Origin: a bacterium HR40
GTDB lineage: Bacteria; Pseudomonadota; Alphaproteobacteria; Geminicoccales; Geminicoccaceae
DNA length: 64,000 nt
Direction of reading: 5' to 3'
NCBI GenBank assembly: GCA_002898275.1
Contig: BEIQ01000001.1
Location: 239,899 to 303,898 of the forward strand
This document shows positions 21,940-31,078 of this stretch, in pieces. The position numbers were made by a program, and so were the translations under genes. Positions within the stretch are counted from its first letter, which is position 1. Each line of letters opens with the position of its first letter. Below the pieces are notes generated by a model that was not told where the DNA came from, did no database searches, and saw nothing but the letters and a program-made list of their open reading frames with translations.

Positions 21940-23238
21940 TCATCCGACCGGAGCGAGTTCGCGGCGCAAGAGCAGGGCCTCGCTCTCGGGAAGCCGTTCG
22001 ACGTCGCTCTCGCGAAGCAAGGCTCCCTTGGGCACTGCACGTCTGAGGGCCACGCCGTGGGCGAGGCCGATCGGCAGCAACCCTTCGCGAGCGGATCGTT
22101 CGGCCGGCACCAGCTTCCCCCAAACGCAAAAGCCTCCCTCGCCATCCAGGACCTCGCCCTCGCGCAGGTCGCGCTTCGCGCAGGCTACCACATCGGCACG
22201 CCATTCCCGGGTACTGCCGGTGGCCTCGCGCCGCACCACCGCATTGGCGATGCTCACCGCGAGTTCGAGTCCGATCAGGTGATAGGGCCGCCACAGCGCC
22301 GAGAAGCGGCCATCGGGATCGGTCACCATCCCATAGTCGGCGAAGCACCGCGCGGCGTACTCGCTCGGTGCCTCGATCACCACATAGACACCGAAGCGGA
22401 GGTCGTCGCGCACCGGCCGACCGTCCCGCTCCATCGACGACACCACCTCGACGATCCCCGCCCGCTCGAGCTGGCCGCCGAGCTCGCGCGGACGCAGCAC
22501 GAAGGGGAGATCGTGGGTGCCACAGGGGGGGAAACCGAGCCCCTCGGTGGGCACGCCGAGACCGGTGGCGTTCGCCACGGCAGCCATCTCGATCGACGAC
22601 TTCGTCCCGTCGAGGAACGAGTTGAACATCTTGGGGTTCATCCCGGAAGCGGCGGCGCGCTCGGGGGAGAGCCCATAGTGACGCCACACTGTCTCCGGCG
22701 TCGAGGCGTGGAAATCGGGATGGTACTTGGTGCCTTTGCCAGCCGCTACGACCGGAAAGCCGCACAGCCGCGCCCAGTCGACGAGATCGCAGATGAGCGC
22801 CGGCTGGTCGCCCCAAGCCATGCTGTAGACGAGCTCGCGCTCGCGTGCGCGGGCGGCGAGCGCCGGGCCCACGAGCACGTCGGCCTCGACGTTGACCATC
22901 ACCAGATGGAGGCCGCGGGCGATCGCGAGGAGCGCGTGGCGGGTCCCGGCCAGGGGATCGCCGGTCGCCTCGACGAGCAGGTCGAGATCCGGCCGGTCGA
23001 GCGCCGCCTCGAGGTCGTGAGTGAGGAAGAGGGCAGCACGCTCGGCCTCGGTCCAGCCCGCCGCAGCGAGATTGCGGCGGGCCCGTTCCGGGTCGAGATC
23101 GACCACGGCGGCGATCTCGATCGCCGGGACCCTTCGGACTTGGGCCAGGAACATCGTCGCGAACTTGCCGCAGCCGACGACCACCACCCGCGCCGGCCGG
23201 CGGCGGGCAGCAAGCTCCCGCAGCCGTTCGCTCAGCAT
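21940..23238 (-). CDS. NAD(P)-binding oxidoreductase with C-terminal SAF domain (COG4091, predicted homoserine-dehydrogenase-like)
   Basis: The Rossmann N-terminus is RVVVVGCGKFATMF. The central region reads AWGDQPALICDLVDWA...AAGKGTKY. The C-terminal segment is SAF-like (AKRDLREGEVLDGEGG). 432 aa. Confidence 0.75.
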   Translation of the reverse strand: MLSERLRELAARRRPARVVVVGCGKFATMFLAQVRRVPAIEIAAVVDLDPERARRNLAAAGWTEAERAALFLTHDLEAALDRPDLDLLVEATGDPLAGTRHALLAIARGLHLVMVNVEADVLVGPALAARARERELVYSMAWGDQPALICDLVDWARLCGFPVVAAGKGTKYHPDFHASTPETVWRHYGLSPERAAASGMNPKMFNSFLDGTKSSIEMAAVANATGLGVPTEGLGFPPCGTHDLPFVLRPRELGGQLERAGIVEVVSSMERDGRPVRDDLRFGVYVVIEAPSEYAARCFADYGMVTDPDGRFSALWRPYHLIGLELAVSIANAVVRREATGSTREWRADVVACAKRDLREGEVLDGEGGFCVWGKLVPAERSAREGLLPIGLAHGVALRRAVPKGALLRESDVERLPESEALLLRRELAPVG

Positions 23239-23322
23239 CGTGCTCTCCCCCGGATCGGCGATCGCTCGCTTAGAGCTTCCTCGCTCTCCCGTCCAGAAGC
23301 GACGGTGACGGCCTTGCCGCTG

Positions 23323-24147
23323 TCATTTCCGGCGAGCGAGCAGCTCGCACGCGCCCAGCCGGCCATCCGCGAGGGCTGCCGCGAGATGGGCGATTTTTTC
23401 GCGAAAACGCTCGCCCATCACGATGGGAGCGGATCCACCGGATTCGCCGCTGAGCCGCAGCGCCCGCTCGTGGCTCCTCTGCATGGACTCGCGGGCGAAC
23501 GCGCTGCGATCGCGGAGCGCCACCACTCTCAAGCCCGCTGCTTCGACCAGCGCCACGAGCTCGTCCACCGAGACGAGATGACTCATCTGCGGGCTCTCCG
23601 CCCACGGGACCGGCAGGTCCGGCTCACCCCTCGCGCGCACCAGATCGAAGATCGCGAAATTGGCATCCGGCTTCAGTACGCGCGCCGCTTGCCGGTAGAA
23701 GCCCGGCTTGTCGGCGATGTTCATGCCGACGTGGATGGTATAGGCGGCGTCGAAACTCTCGTCCGAAAACGGCAGCTGGCAGGCGTCGGCGACGAGCATG
23801 TGCACGCGATGGGCGAGGCCGACCCGTCGCGTGAGTTCCCTTGCCGCCGCTACCAGCTCGAAGGTGAGGTCGATACCGGTGACGTGGCAGCCGGCGGCGA
23901 GAGCGAAATAGCGGGCGGCACCGCCGAGCCCGCTGCCGATGTCGAGCACCTGCATGCCCGGGCCCAGGGCCAGCAGTTCGCCGAGCGAGCGCGTGGCGGC
24001 GCGACCGCCCACGTGCATCTCGTCGAAGCCCTCGAGATCTTCCGGCGCGAGCCGGTCGGGGTCGTGGCCGCTGCGCGCCAGCGCCACCAGCAGCCGGTCG
24101 AGGAGACCGCCGCGCGTATAGTGACGGCAAATGTCGGAGCGGCTCAT
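23323..24147 (-). CDS. Class I SAM-dependent methyltransferase
   Basis: The start is taken at MSRSDICRHY (ATG complement 24145-24147). Motif I is VLDIGSGLGGAARYF, and the post-I segment is VTGIDL. 274 aa. The start overlaps the pyrE stop by 4 nt. Confidence 0.85.
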   Translation of the reverse strand: MSRSDICRHYTRGGLLDRLLVALARSGHDPDRLAPEDLEGFDEMHVGGRAATRSLGELLALGPGMQVLDIGSGLGGAARYFALAAGCHVTGIDLTFELVAAARELTRRVGLAHRVHMLVADACQLPFSDESFDAAYTIHVGMNIADKPGFYRQAARVLKPDANFAIFDLVRARGEPDLPVPWAESPQMSHLVSVDELVALVEAAGLRVVALRDRSAFARESMQRSHERALRLSGESGGSAPIVMGERFREKIAHLAAALADGRLGACELLARRK

Positions 24148-24869
24148 CCGCCGGTCCCCTCCTGGCCTTCGGCGGCGAAGGGGATCGCGCCGATGCCGCC
24201 ATGGTCGCGCGACCAGGCGAGCGGATCGGCGAGGAAGGTCTCGATATGGCGGCAGGTGGCGGCATCGAAATAGCCGGTCCGACGGGCCTCGGCGAGCACA
24301 TCCCGCCATGTGGCGAGCCAGTGGAGTCGCAGGCCATGGCTCTCGAGCCGCGCCAGCGCCTGGGGAAAGACGTCGTAGTAGAAGATCACGACCGCTTCGC
24401 TCACACGGCCACCCGCTTCGCGCAGCGCCTCGGCGAATCCAAGCTTGCTGCCGCCGTCGGTGGTGAGGTCCTCGACCAGCAACACGTCCGTTCCCGGCTC
24501 GAGCGCCCCCTCGATGCGCGCGTTGCGGCCAAATCCCTTGGGCTTCTTGCGCACGTAGAGCATCGGCAGGGCGAGCCGGTCGGCGAGCCAGGCGGCGAAG
24601 GGAATGCCCGCCGTCTCGCCGCCCGCCACCGCCTGGACCCGCTCGAAGCCAACCGCCTCGAGCACGAGCCCCGCGAGCAATTCGACGATCGTCCGCCGCA
24701 CGCGCGGGAAGGAGATGATCCGTCGGCAGTCGATATAGACCGGGCTGGCGAGACCGGAGGTCAGGACAAAAGGCTGATCGGGTCGAGCGAGCACCGCCTC
24801 GATCTCGACGAGAGCTTTCGCCGTGAGCCGGGCTGCTGTCGCGGCATCGGTCCATCCGCTCGCCAACAC
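24144..24869 (-). CDS. pyrE: Orotate phosphoribosyltransferase
   Basis: The PRPP loop is VLLVEDLTTDGGSK, with FVLTSGLASPVYIDCR. The GTG start is chosen because GAGGAGG lies 5 nt upstream; the longer 329-aa ORF is rejected. Confidence 0.88.
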   Translation of the reverse strand: MLASGWTDAATAARLTAKALVEIEAVLARPDQPFVLTSGLASPVYIDCRRIISFPRVRRTIVELLAGLVLEAVGFERVQAVAGGETAGIPFAAWLADRLALPMLYVRKKPKGFGRNARIEGALEPGTDVLLVEDLTTDGGSKLGFAEALREAGGRVSEAVVIFYYDVFPQALARLESHGLRLHWLATWRDVLAEARRTGYFDAATCRHIETFLADPLAWSRDHGGIGAIPFAAEGQEGTGG

Positions 24870-25181
24870 GTCGACCTCCTCTCGCGCCGAGCCATGCCCA
24901 TAATGGGTCGGAGCTCGGCGTCCGACCAGAAGGCGCTCGGGGTCGAAGAACGCCGCTTGTGGTGCGTTGCCGACACCGGCAAATGCGAGAGCCGCTGGCT
25001 GCGGCAAGGCCGCCACGCGGCGCTCCGAAATACAGCCTTTGCGCTGCCGACCGTCTCTGTGCGGCGGGTGGGAGAGGGTTAAGTTTAGCGCGGCCTCGCC
25101 TCTCGGGGCGGGAGAAGGAGGTCCTTCGGGCAAGCCCGTCGCGTCGCGGGCACCGGATCGAAAAGAGGGCGCAGCCGAAAG

Positions 25182-27383
25182 ATGGCGGAAACGGGCTTTT
25201 CAGGGCTGGCCGTACGATACGGCACGCTGCGGCGCAGCCACGAACTCGTCCGCATTGCAGGTGCCCTGCGCCGAGCGGGTGTGCGGGCGCTCGCCATCAA
25301 GGGACCGGCATTGGCGGTCGTCATCGGCGATGCTCCCGACAGCCGCCTTTCGGGCGACCTCGATTTCCTCGTCCCCCACGCCGAGGTCGAGGCGGCCGGC
25401 CAGGTGCTGAGGATGCTCGGCTTTGTGCCGCGGCCGCGTTCCAACGGGCTCGCTCGTCAGATCCACTTCGTGCGCAGCGACCCGCCCTTTCGCGTCGACC
25501 TGCACTGGCACGTCGCTCCCGCCCACATCGCCCTCCCCCTCGATCTCGAGCGCATGTGGCGCGAACGCACGGTCTTGACGGTTCACGGTCGGCCGGTCGA
25601 CACGCTGTCGGTGGTCGACCATCTTTTCCTCGCCACCTTCTACTGCATCAAGGAAGCGCCGCGCGTCGAGCACCGTTATCTCCTCGATGTGTTGCGCCTC
25701 GCCAGCCTCTTCGAGCGAACGGCGTGGCGACGGTTGCGCGAACGGGCGGAGGAGGCGCGCGCGGTGCGTATCGTCGCCATCGCCGTGCGCACCGCCTTCG
25801 CCGCCGCAGGAGAACCCCTCCCGCGGGCGTTCGCCGAGCTCTTTCCCGAGGAAGAGGCGGTGGCCGCGGCGGTCGACGACCTGCTCGCGCGGGCGAGGGA
25901 TCCGCGCAGTGCCATCAAGCACCGGATCGCGACCTATCTCGCCCACTTCTTTCATCACGGGCGCTACCGCGAACACTGGCGCGACCGCCTACGGCCGATC
26001 CTGCTCTTGCCGCTCTTCCTCCTCTTGCCGGAGGACGACGATGTCGAACGGGCGGCTGCGAGTGGCCGCAGCCCCTATGTCGAACGCCTGAAGCGGCTCA
26101 GCGAGGTGGTGGCCGTGCTGCGCGAGGCCCGCGCGCGCCGACGCGCCGACCGAGAATTCGAGAGGGCGCTGGGCCGAGCCGATACCCGCTTGCGACCGGC
26201 AGCCGACGTCGAGCTTCACCTTCTCGCCGATCGCGGGCTGCTCTTCGCCCCGCATTCGGGGGAGCTCTGCGCTCTCACCACGAGCGCCACCTGGATCTGG
26301 TGCGCGCTCTGCGAGGGTCTGGACTTGGGGGAGGTGCGAAGCGCGTTCGCGCGTGCCTTTTCTCTGCAGCCCGACGAGGCCGAGCGGGTGATCGCCGATT
26401 TGCTGCGCGCGTGGTGGCGCCATGGCCTGCTCGCGGATGCGCCGCGGCCGCCGGCGAAGGCTCCGGCCACTCCCGCCGCGCCTGCCGCGCCAGCAGCCGA
26501 GCTTCCACCGCCGTCGGGGGATGGGCTCGACCTCGAGCTCCGTATCCGCGACCTCCGCTACGGGCTGGCGCTTGCCCGTCCTGCCGCCCCCGGGGTGCTG
26601 CCGTTTCTCGCCCACTGGCAGGATGGCGGTTTCGCCGCAGCCCGTCCCGCCGAGTGGATTTCCGCCCGGGTCGACCAGGCCGATGGCGAGTGGCGCGTGG
26701 TCATCGACGGACAGCTGCGAGCCGCCACCTTCGCGCTCGCCCAACTCGGGCCCGAGGTGCAATACGCTCTCGCCATCGATGCCGCTCGCCGCCGCGGCTA
26801 CGATCTGTGGCTCGATGCCAGCATGCTGGCGGACCGGGACGGGGCCGTCCTCCTCATCGGTTCCTCGCTGTCCGACAGCCTGCCCTTGGCCTTCGCCCTC
26901 GCTCGGCAGGGTCTCGAGCGCGTGGCGGATCGATGGGTGCTGCTCGCGGGCGAGCCTCTGCGAGCGATGGGTTTGCCGGTCTCCGCCGGCATCGGGCCAG
27001 AGGAGTGGGAAGAGCTCCGCCGTCGCCATCCCGAGATCGCCGGCGGTGCGATACCCCGGGATGGCGACGGCTGCTTCGAGGCCTTTCTGGCTCCGCCCTC
27101 TGGCGAGCGGACCGGCAGCGAGGCGCTTGCCGTGCGACTGCTCGTCTTCCCCCGCCGGCGAGAAGGAGCTGCGACCGTCCTCGCTGCTGTCGATCCCGCA
27201 GAGGCGCTGGAACTGCTCCTCACCGAGGGCCTCGCCGAAGAGGTGCAGTTCGATGCCGGGCGGGTCGAGCGACTGATCCGCTGGATCCGGGAGGTGCCGG
27301 CGGTCCGCCTCGATTTCGGCGATCCAGAGGAAGCGGCTTGCTGTCTCCTCGCTCGCGGGCGCTCGCCGGCCGGGACGGGCTGA
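25182..27383 (+). CDS. Three-module fusion protein: NTP_transf_5-type nucleotidyltransferase + PqqD/RRE-like domain + HprK-related kinase-like domain (P-loop apparently degenerate)
   Basis: One uninterrupted 733-aa ORF. The first ~270 aa carry AIKGPALAVVIGDAPDSRLSGDLDFLVPH...LGF. Residues ~340-417 read VELHLLADRGLLFAPHSGELCALTTSATWIWCALCEGL...ADLLRAWWRHGLL (PqqD-like). After a Pro/Ala linker, residues ~448-733 are HprK-like, with LLIGSSLSDSLPLAFAL where GxSGxGKST is expected. Confidence 0.7.
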   Translation: MAETGFSGLAVRYGTLRRSHELVRIAGALRRAGVRALAIKGPALAVVIGDAPDSRLSGDLDFLVPHAEVEAAGQVLRMLGFVPRPRSNGLARQIHFVRSDPPFRVDLHWHVAPAHIALPLDLERMWRERTVLTVHGRPVDTLSVVDHLFLATFYCIKEAPRVEHRYLLDVLRLASLFERTAWRRLRERAEEARAVRIVAIAVRTAFAAAGEPLPRAFAELFPEEEAVAAAVDDLLARARDPRSAIKHRIATYLAHFFHHGRYREHWRDRLRPILLLPLFLLLPEDDDVERAAASGRSPYVERLKRLSEVVAVLREARARRRADREFERALGRADTRLRPAADVELHLLADRGLLFAPHSGELCALTTSATWIWCALCEGLDLGEVRSAFARAFSLQPDEAERVIADLLRAWWRHGLLADAPRPPAKAPATPAAPAAPAAELPPPSGDGLDLELRIRDLRYGLALARPAAPGVLPFLAHWQDGGFAAARPAEWISARVDQADGEWRVVIDGQLRAATFALAQLGPEVQYALAIDAARRRGYDLWLDASMLADRDGAVLLIGSSLSDSLPLAFALARQGLERVADRWVLLAGEPLRAMGLPVSAGIGPEEWEELRRRHPEIAGGAIPRDGDGCFEAFLAPPSGERTGSEALAVRLLVFPRRREGAATVLAAVDPAEALELLLTEGLAEEVQFDAGRVERLIRWIREVPAVRLDFGDPEEAACCLLARGRSPAGTG

Positions 27384-27401
27384 GGCAGGTCGTTCGGGGA
27401 T

Positions 27402-28484
27402 TCACGCGCGATCGAAATCGAGCGTCACCTCGGCGGTGAGCGGTCGCGCCTGACATGTCAGGACGTCGCCGGCGGCGAGATCGCGTTCGTCGAGGGCGTA
27501 GTTGGTGAGCAGTTCCACCTTGCCTGCGACGAGTCTGGCCCGACAGGTGGCACAGACCCCGGCGCGGCAGGAGAACGGGAGCTCGAGACCGAAACGGCGT
27601 GCCGCCTCGAGCACGGTCTCGGCCCGAAACGGCATGTCGAACTCGTGGCGCTCGCCATCGAGGATGACGGTGATGCGGGCGCGGTCGCCACTCGTCTCGA
27701 TCCGCGGCGCGGTCTCGAGCACCGGTCGCGGCCGGTTGCCCTCGGCGGTGAAATACTCGAAGAGGATGCGTTCGGCGGGAACGCCGAGAGCGAGAAGCGC
27801 GTCGGAAACGGTTTGGATCATCGGCGCCGGCCCGCACACGAACCAGCGATCGACCTCCGAAACCTGGAAGAGCCGACCTGCCCAGGCCCGCACCTTCTCG
27901 GCATCGATGCGGCCCGAGAACAGCTCGAGCGCCTCGCTGACCTCGGCCGAGAGCACGTGATGCAGGGCCAGACGTTCCATGTAGAGGTCCTTGAGGTCGG
28001 CGAGCCCCTCGCGGAAGATGATCGAGGAGGTGTTGCGGTTGCCGTAGAAGAGGGTGAAGCGGCTGTGCGGCTCCTCCTCGAGGATCGCCTTCAGGATGCC
28101 GAAGATCGGGGTGATACCGCTACCGGCGGCGAACGCCACATAGTGCCGCCGCGCTCCTGGATCGGGAGTGTGGGCGAAGCGACCGGTGGGTGGCATCGCT
28201 TCCAGCCGATCGCCGACCGCGAGACGCGCGTTGGCGAAACCCGAGAAGCGCCCGTGCGGCTGGCGCTTGACGGCGATCCTGAGGGTGTCTTCTCGGGGCG
28301 TCGAACAAAGGGAATAAGTGCGCCGGACCTCCGCACCGTCGACCACCGCCCGCACCACGAGATGCTGTCCCGGACGGAAGCGGAACGCCGGCTTGAGCTC
28401 TTCCGGCACGGCCAGGGCGATCGACACGCACTCCGCAGTCTCGCGGCGGATCTCGACCACCGGCAGGGGATGGAAACGGGCCAT
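27402..28484 (-). CDS. Ferredoxin-NAD(P)H reductase with C-terminal plant-type 2Fe-2S domain (PaaE/PaaK-like)
   Basis: The sequence is [16 protein letters not shown]...FRPGQHLVV...RTYSLCS (RxYS FAD motif). It also has [11 protein letters not shown] and the C-terminal [13 protein letters not shown] cluster motif. 360 aa. Confidence 0.85.
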   Translation of the reverse strand: MARFHPLPVVEIRRETAECVSIALAVPEELKPAFRFRPGQHLVVRAVVDGAEVRRTYSLCSTPREDTLRIAVKRQPHGRFSGFANARLAVGDRLEAMPPTGRFAHTPDPGARRHYVAFAAGSGITPIFGILKAILEEEPHSRFTLFYGNRNTSSIIFREGLADLKDLYMERLALHHVLSAEVSEALELFSGRIDAEKVRAWAGRLFQVSEVDRWFVCGPAPMIQTVSDALLALGVPAERILFEYFTAEGNRPRPVLETAPRIETSGDRARITVILDGERHEFDMPFRAETVLEAARRFGLELPFSCRAGVCATCRARLVAGKVELLTNYALDERDLAAGDVLTCQARPLTAEVTLDFDRA

Positions 28485-28660
28485 GGCGGGCTCCCGGTTG
28501 CTCTAGCGGACAGCGGACGATCGGGCAAAAACGCGTCGGCACGCCGCGGCCCTCTCGGCCCACCGGCCGCAGCCCCTATATGGGACGCGATCCGCGGGCA
28601 TGGCGAGAGCGCCGTTGTCGCGGCTCCCCTCAAAAGTCGAGGCAAGCGGGACGGTCCAGC

Positions 28661-29671
28661 ATGCACGGGCGAATTTTCTCGGGCATCCAACCCACCCACG
28701 GCATCCATCTCGGTAACTACCTCGGGGCGATCCGCAACTGGGTGGTGCTGCAGGATTCGGGGGCGTACGAGTGCATCTACTGCATCGTCGATCAACACGC
28801 CCTCACCACTCTGCACGATCCCGGCGCGATGCGTGCCAACACTCGGGAAGTGGCAGCAGCTCTGCTCGCCTCCGGGATCGATCCCGAGCGCTCCATCCTG
28901 TTCGTGCAGAGCCATGTACCGGCGCACACCCAACTCTACTGGGTGCTCGGCTGTGTGACGCCGCTCGGCTGGCTCAACCGGATGACCCAGTTCAAGGAGA
29001 AGGCAGGGAAGGACCGCGAGGGTGCGCCGCTCGGTCTCTATGCCTATCCCGTGCTCCAGGCAGCCGACATTCTCGCCTACCGCGCCACGCACGTTCCCGT
29101 GGGGGAGGACCAGAAACAGCATCTGGAACTGTCGCGCGACATCGCCGGGGCCTTCAACCGCAAGTTCGGCGTCGACTATTTCCCTTTGCCCGAGCCGATG
29201 ATCCTCGGCGAGGCGACGCGCGTGATGTCGCTCCGCGACGGCACGAAAAAGATGAGCAAATCCGACCCCTCCGACATGTCGCGCATCAACCTGACGGACG
29301 ATCCCGACACCATCGCCCTCAAGATCCGCCGCGCCAAGTCCGACAGCATTCTCGGGATCTGGTACGACCCCGAGAACCGGCCGGAGGCATCGAACCTGCT
29401 CACCATCTACGCGGCACTCGCCGAGCGACCGCGAGCGGAGGTCGAGGCGGAACTGCGGGAGACCCCGTTTTCCGCTTTCAAGACGCGACTCGCCGAGCTG
29501 GTGATCGAGAAGATCGCCCCCATTTCGGCGCGCATGCGCGAATTGCTGGCCGAGCCGGCAGAGATTGACCGGCTGCTCGCGCGCGGCGCCGAACGGGCCG
29601 CTGCCATCGCCATCCCGATCCTCGAAGAAGTCTACCGCATCGTCGGCTTCCTGCCGCCGGTGTCGCGCTGA
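28661..29671 (+). CDS. trpS: Tryptophan--tRNA ligase
   Basis: The start is taken at [23 protein letters not shown] (HIGH-type motif). The KMSKS motif is present as KKMSKSD. 336 aa. Confidence 0.93.
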   Translation: MHGRIFSGIQPTHGIHLGNYLGAIRNWVVLQDSGAYECIYCIVDQHALTTLHDPGAMRANTREVAAALLASGIDPERSILFVQSHVPAHTQLYWVLGCVTPLGWLNRMTQFKEKAGKDREGAPLGLYAYPVLQAADILAYRATHVPVGEDQKQHLELSRDIAGAFNRKFGVDYFPLPEPMILGEATRVMSLRDGTKKMSKSDPSDMSRINLTDDPDTIALKIRRAKSDSILGIWYDPENRPEASNLLTIYAALAERPRAEVEAELRETPFSAFKTRLAELVIEKIAPISARMRELLAEPAEIDRLLARGAERAAAIAIPILEEVYRIVGFLPPVSR

Positions 29672-29740
29672 GGGGCGGCTTGCGGCAGGCGCGCGCAGCG
29701 GTCGACACGCGCGGCAATTCCTGCCGAGCTCGAGGGGTGC

Positions 29741-29761
29741 GGGCGGCAGAATCTGCCGCCC
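29741..29761. promoter_or_regulatory. Perfect 21-bp palindrome (10-bp arms); candidate enhancer-binding-protein site upstream of the fliC sigma54 promoter, or a trpS-distal hairpin
   Basis: gggcggcaga-a-tctgccgccc. The arms are exact reverse complements. The centre lies about 70 nt upstream of the -24 element and 80 nt downstream of the trpS stop. No T-tract follows. Confidence 0.4.
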
Positions 29762-29814
29762 GACTCCGGCAGGCCTCCGGTCGCCGGGGGAGCGGCGCGG
29801 CCGTCCGTGGGAGT

Positions 29815-29830
29815 TGGCACGGTCCCTGCA
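29815..29830 (+). promoter_or_regulatory. Sigma54 (RpoN) -24/-12 promoter for fliC
   Basis: TGGCAC-ggtcc-CTGCA compared with the consensus TGGCAC-N5-TTGCA. The GG and GC dinucleotides are correctly spaced. It lies about 80 nt upstream of the fliC ATG. Confidence 0.65.
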
Positions 29831-29908
29831 TGACAGGTCGTGCCGGTATCGCCGGCCATGGGGCACGAGGCCCCGTGCGGTTCGACCTTCAGGTAGAAGG
29901 AGCCTGTC

Positions 29909-31039
29909 ATGGCCAACAGCATCGTCACCAATCAGGCCGCCAATTCCGCCCTGCGTTTCTTGCAGTTCAACGGCGCTTCGGCCTCGAGTTCGGTCGCCAA
30001 GCTCAGCTCGGGCTCGCGCATCGTCAAGGCGTCGGACGATGCCGCTTCGCTCGCCGTCGGCACCAAGCTCAAGGCCGACGTCACGGCGCTCAAGCAGGCC
30101 GCCGTGAACGCCAGCCATGCCACGAGCGTGCTGCAGGTGGCGGACGGTGGCATGGCGCGGATCAGCGATATCCTGCAGCGGATGAAGTCGCTCGCGGTCC
30201 AGGCCTCGTCGGGCTCGGTGTCGGACAATGAACGCGCCTTTCTCGACCAAGAATATCAGCAGCTTTTGACCCAGATCGACGACATCGCCGCCCAGACGCG
30301 CTTCAACGGCCAAGCCCTCCTGAACGGGGCGGCAGCCAAGCAGATCGCCAACGTCAGTCTGAACTCCAGCTTTACCACCGCTGGCGGCACCGCGACCGTG
30401 ACGCTCACGGGCAATCCTGATGCAGCGACCGGTTATACGGTGGACTTCACCGCGGCCACCGGCACCTTCACCTTGACCGACGGCACCAACACGCTTGCCA
30501 CGGTGGTCAAGGACGTCTCTAGCCTCGTGGTGTTCGATGGCACCGTCGACTTTTCGGACTTCGGCGTCCGTCTCGCGATCAGCAATCTCGATGTCAGCGG
30601 CGACGTCAGCGGGCTCGTCACTTTCGACGTCACCGGCAGCGGCACCATGCAGTTCCAAGTCGGTGTCGATTCCACTGACAGCATCAGCGTGTCGCTGAGC
30701 TCGCTCACGACCGCCGCCTCGGATCTCAACCTCGCCGGCAGCGGCGTGGCCACCCAGAGCGCTGCTCAGGCGGCGAACAACGCCCTCGACACGGCCATCG
30801 CCACGGTCAACGCGGCACGGGCGGAAGTGGGCGCGATGATGTCGCGGTTCGAGTTCGTTTCGGCCAATCTCGCCACGTCCATCGAGAACATGGACGCGGC
30901 GCGATCCGCTCTCATGGATGTCGACGTGGCGGCCGAAATGACGCAGTTCACCTCGGCTCAAGTCCTCATGCAGGCCAACGTCGCCATGCTCGCCCAGGCC
31001 AATCAGCTGCCGCAGAACCTGCTGCGGTTGCTGCAGTAG
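29909..31039 (+). CDS. fliC: Flagellin
   Basis: The conserved N-terminal D0/D1 is SGSRIVKASDDAASLAVGTKL...ISDILQRMKSLAVQASSG...NERAFLDQEY. The C-terminal part is RAEVGAMMSRFEF...AAEMTQFTSAQVLMQANVAMLAQANQLPQNLLRLLQ. GAAGGAG lies upstream. Confidence 0.95.
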   Translation: MANSIVTNQAANSALRFLQFNGASASSSVAKLSSGSRIVKASDDAASLAVGTKLKADVTALKQAAVNASHATSVLQVADGGMARISDILQRMKSLAVQASSGSVSDNERAFLDQEYQQLLTQIDDIAAQTRFNGQALLNGAAAKQIANVSLNSSFTTAGGTATVTLTGNPDAATGYTVDFTAATGTFTLTDGTNTLATVVKDVSSLVVFDGTVDFSDFGVRLAISNLDVSGDVSGLVTFDVTGSGTMQFQVGVDSTDSISVSLSSLTTAASDLNLAGSGVATQSAAQAANNALDTAIATVNAARAEVGAMMSRFEFVSANLATSIENMDAARSALMDVDVAAEMTQFTSAQVLMQANVAMLAQANQLPQNLLRLLQ

Positions 31040-31052
31040 CGCTTTCCCTTCC

Positions 31053-31078
31053 GGCCGGAGGGTCCGCACCCTCCGGCC
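31053..31078 (+). terminator. Strong stem-loop directly after fliC (attenuator/terminator or mRNA-stabilising hairpin; no U-tract)
   Basis: A perfect 11-bp stem ggccggagggt (31053-31063) pairs with accctccggcc (31068-31078), with a 4-nt loop ccgc. It starts 14 nt after the fliC stop, inside the 59-nt gap before flaG. Confidence 0.5.

Noticed and set aside
24870-27401. A lasso-peptide or other RiPP biosynthetic cluster around the PqqD-containing fusion gene
   Set aside because: No Asn-synthase-like cyclase, transglutaminase-like protease, ABC exporter or convincing precursor ORF is present. The only small upstream ORF (24893-25082, 63 aa) lacks a Shine-Dalgarno sequence and lies in the pyrE promoter region. 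It is kept only as something to test under the first finding.
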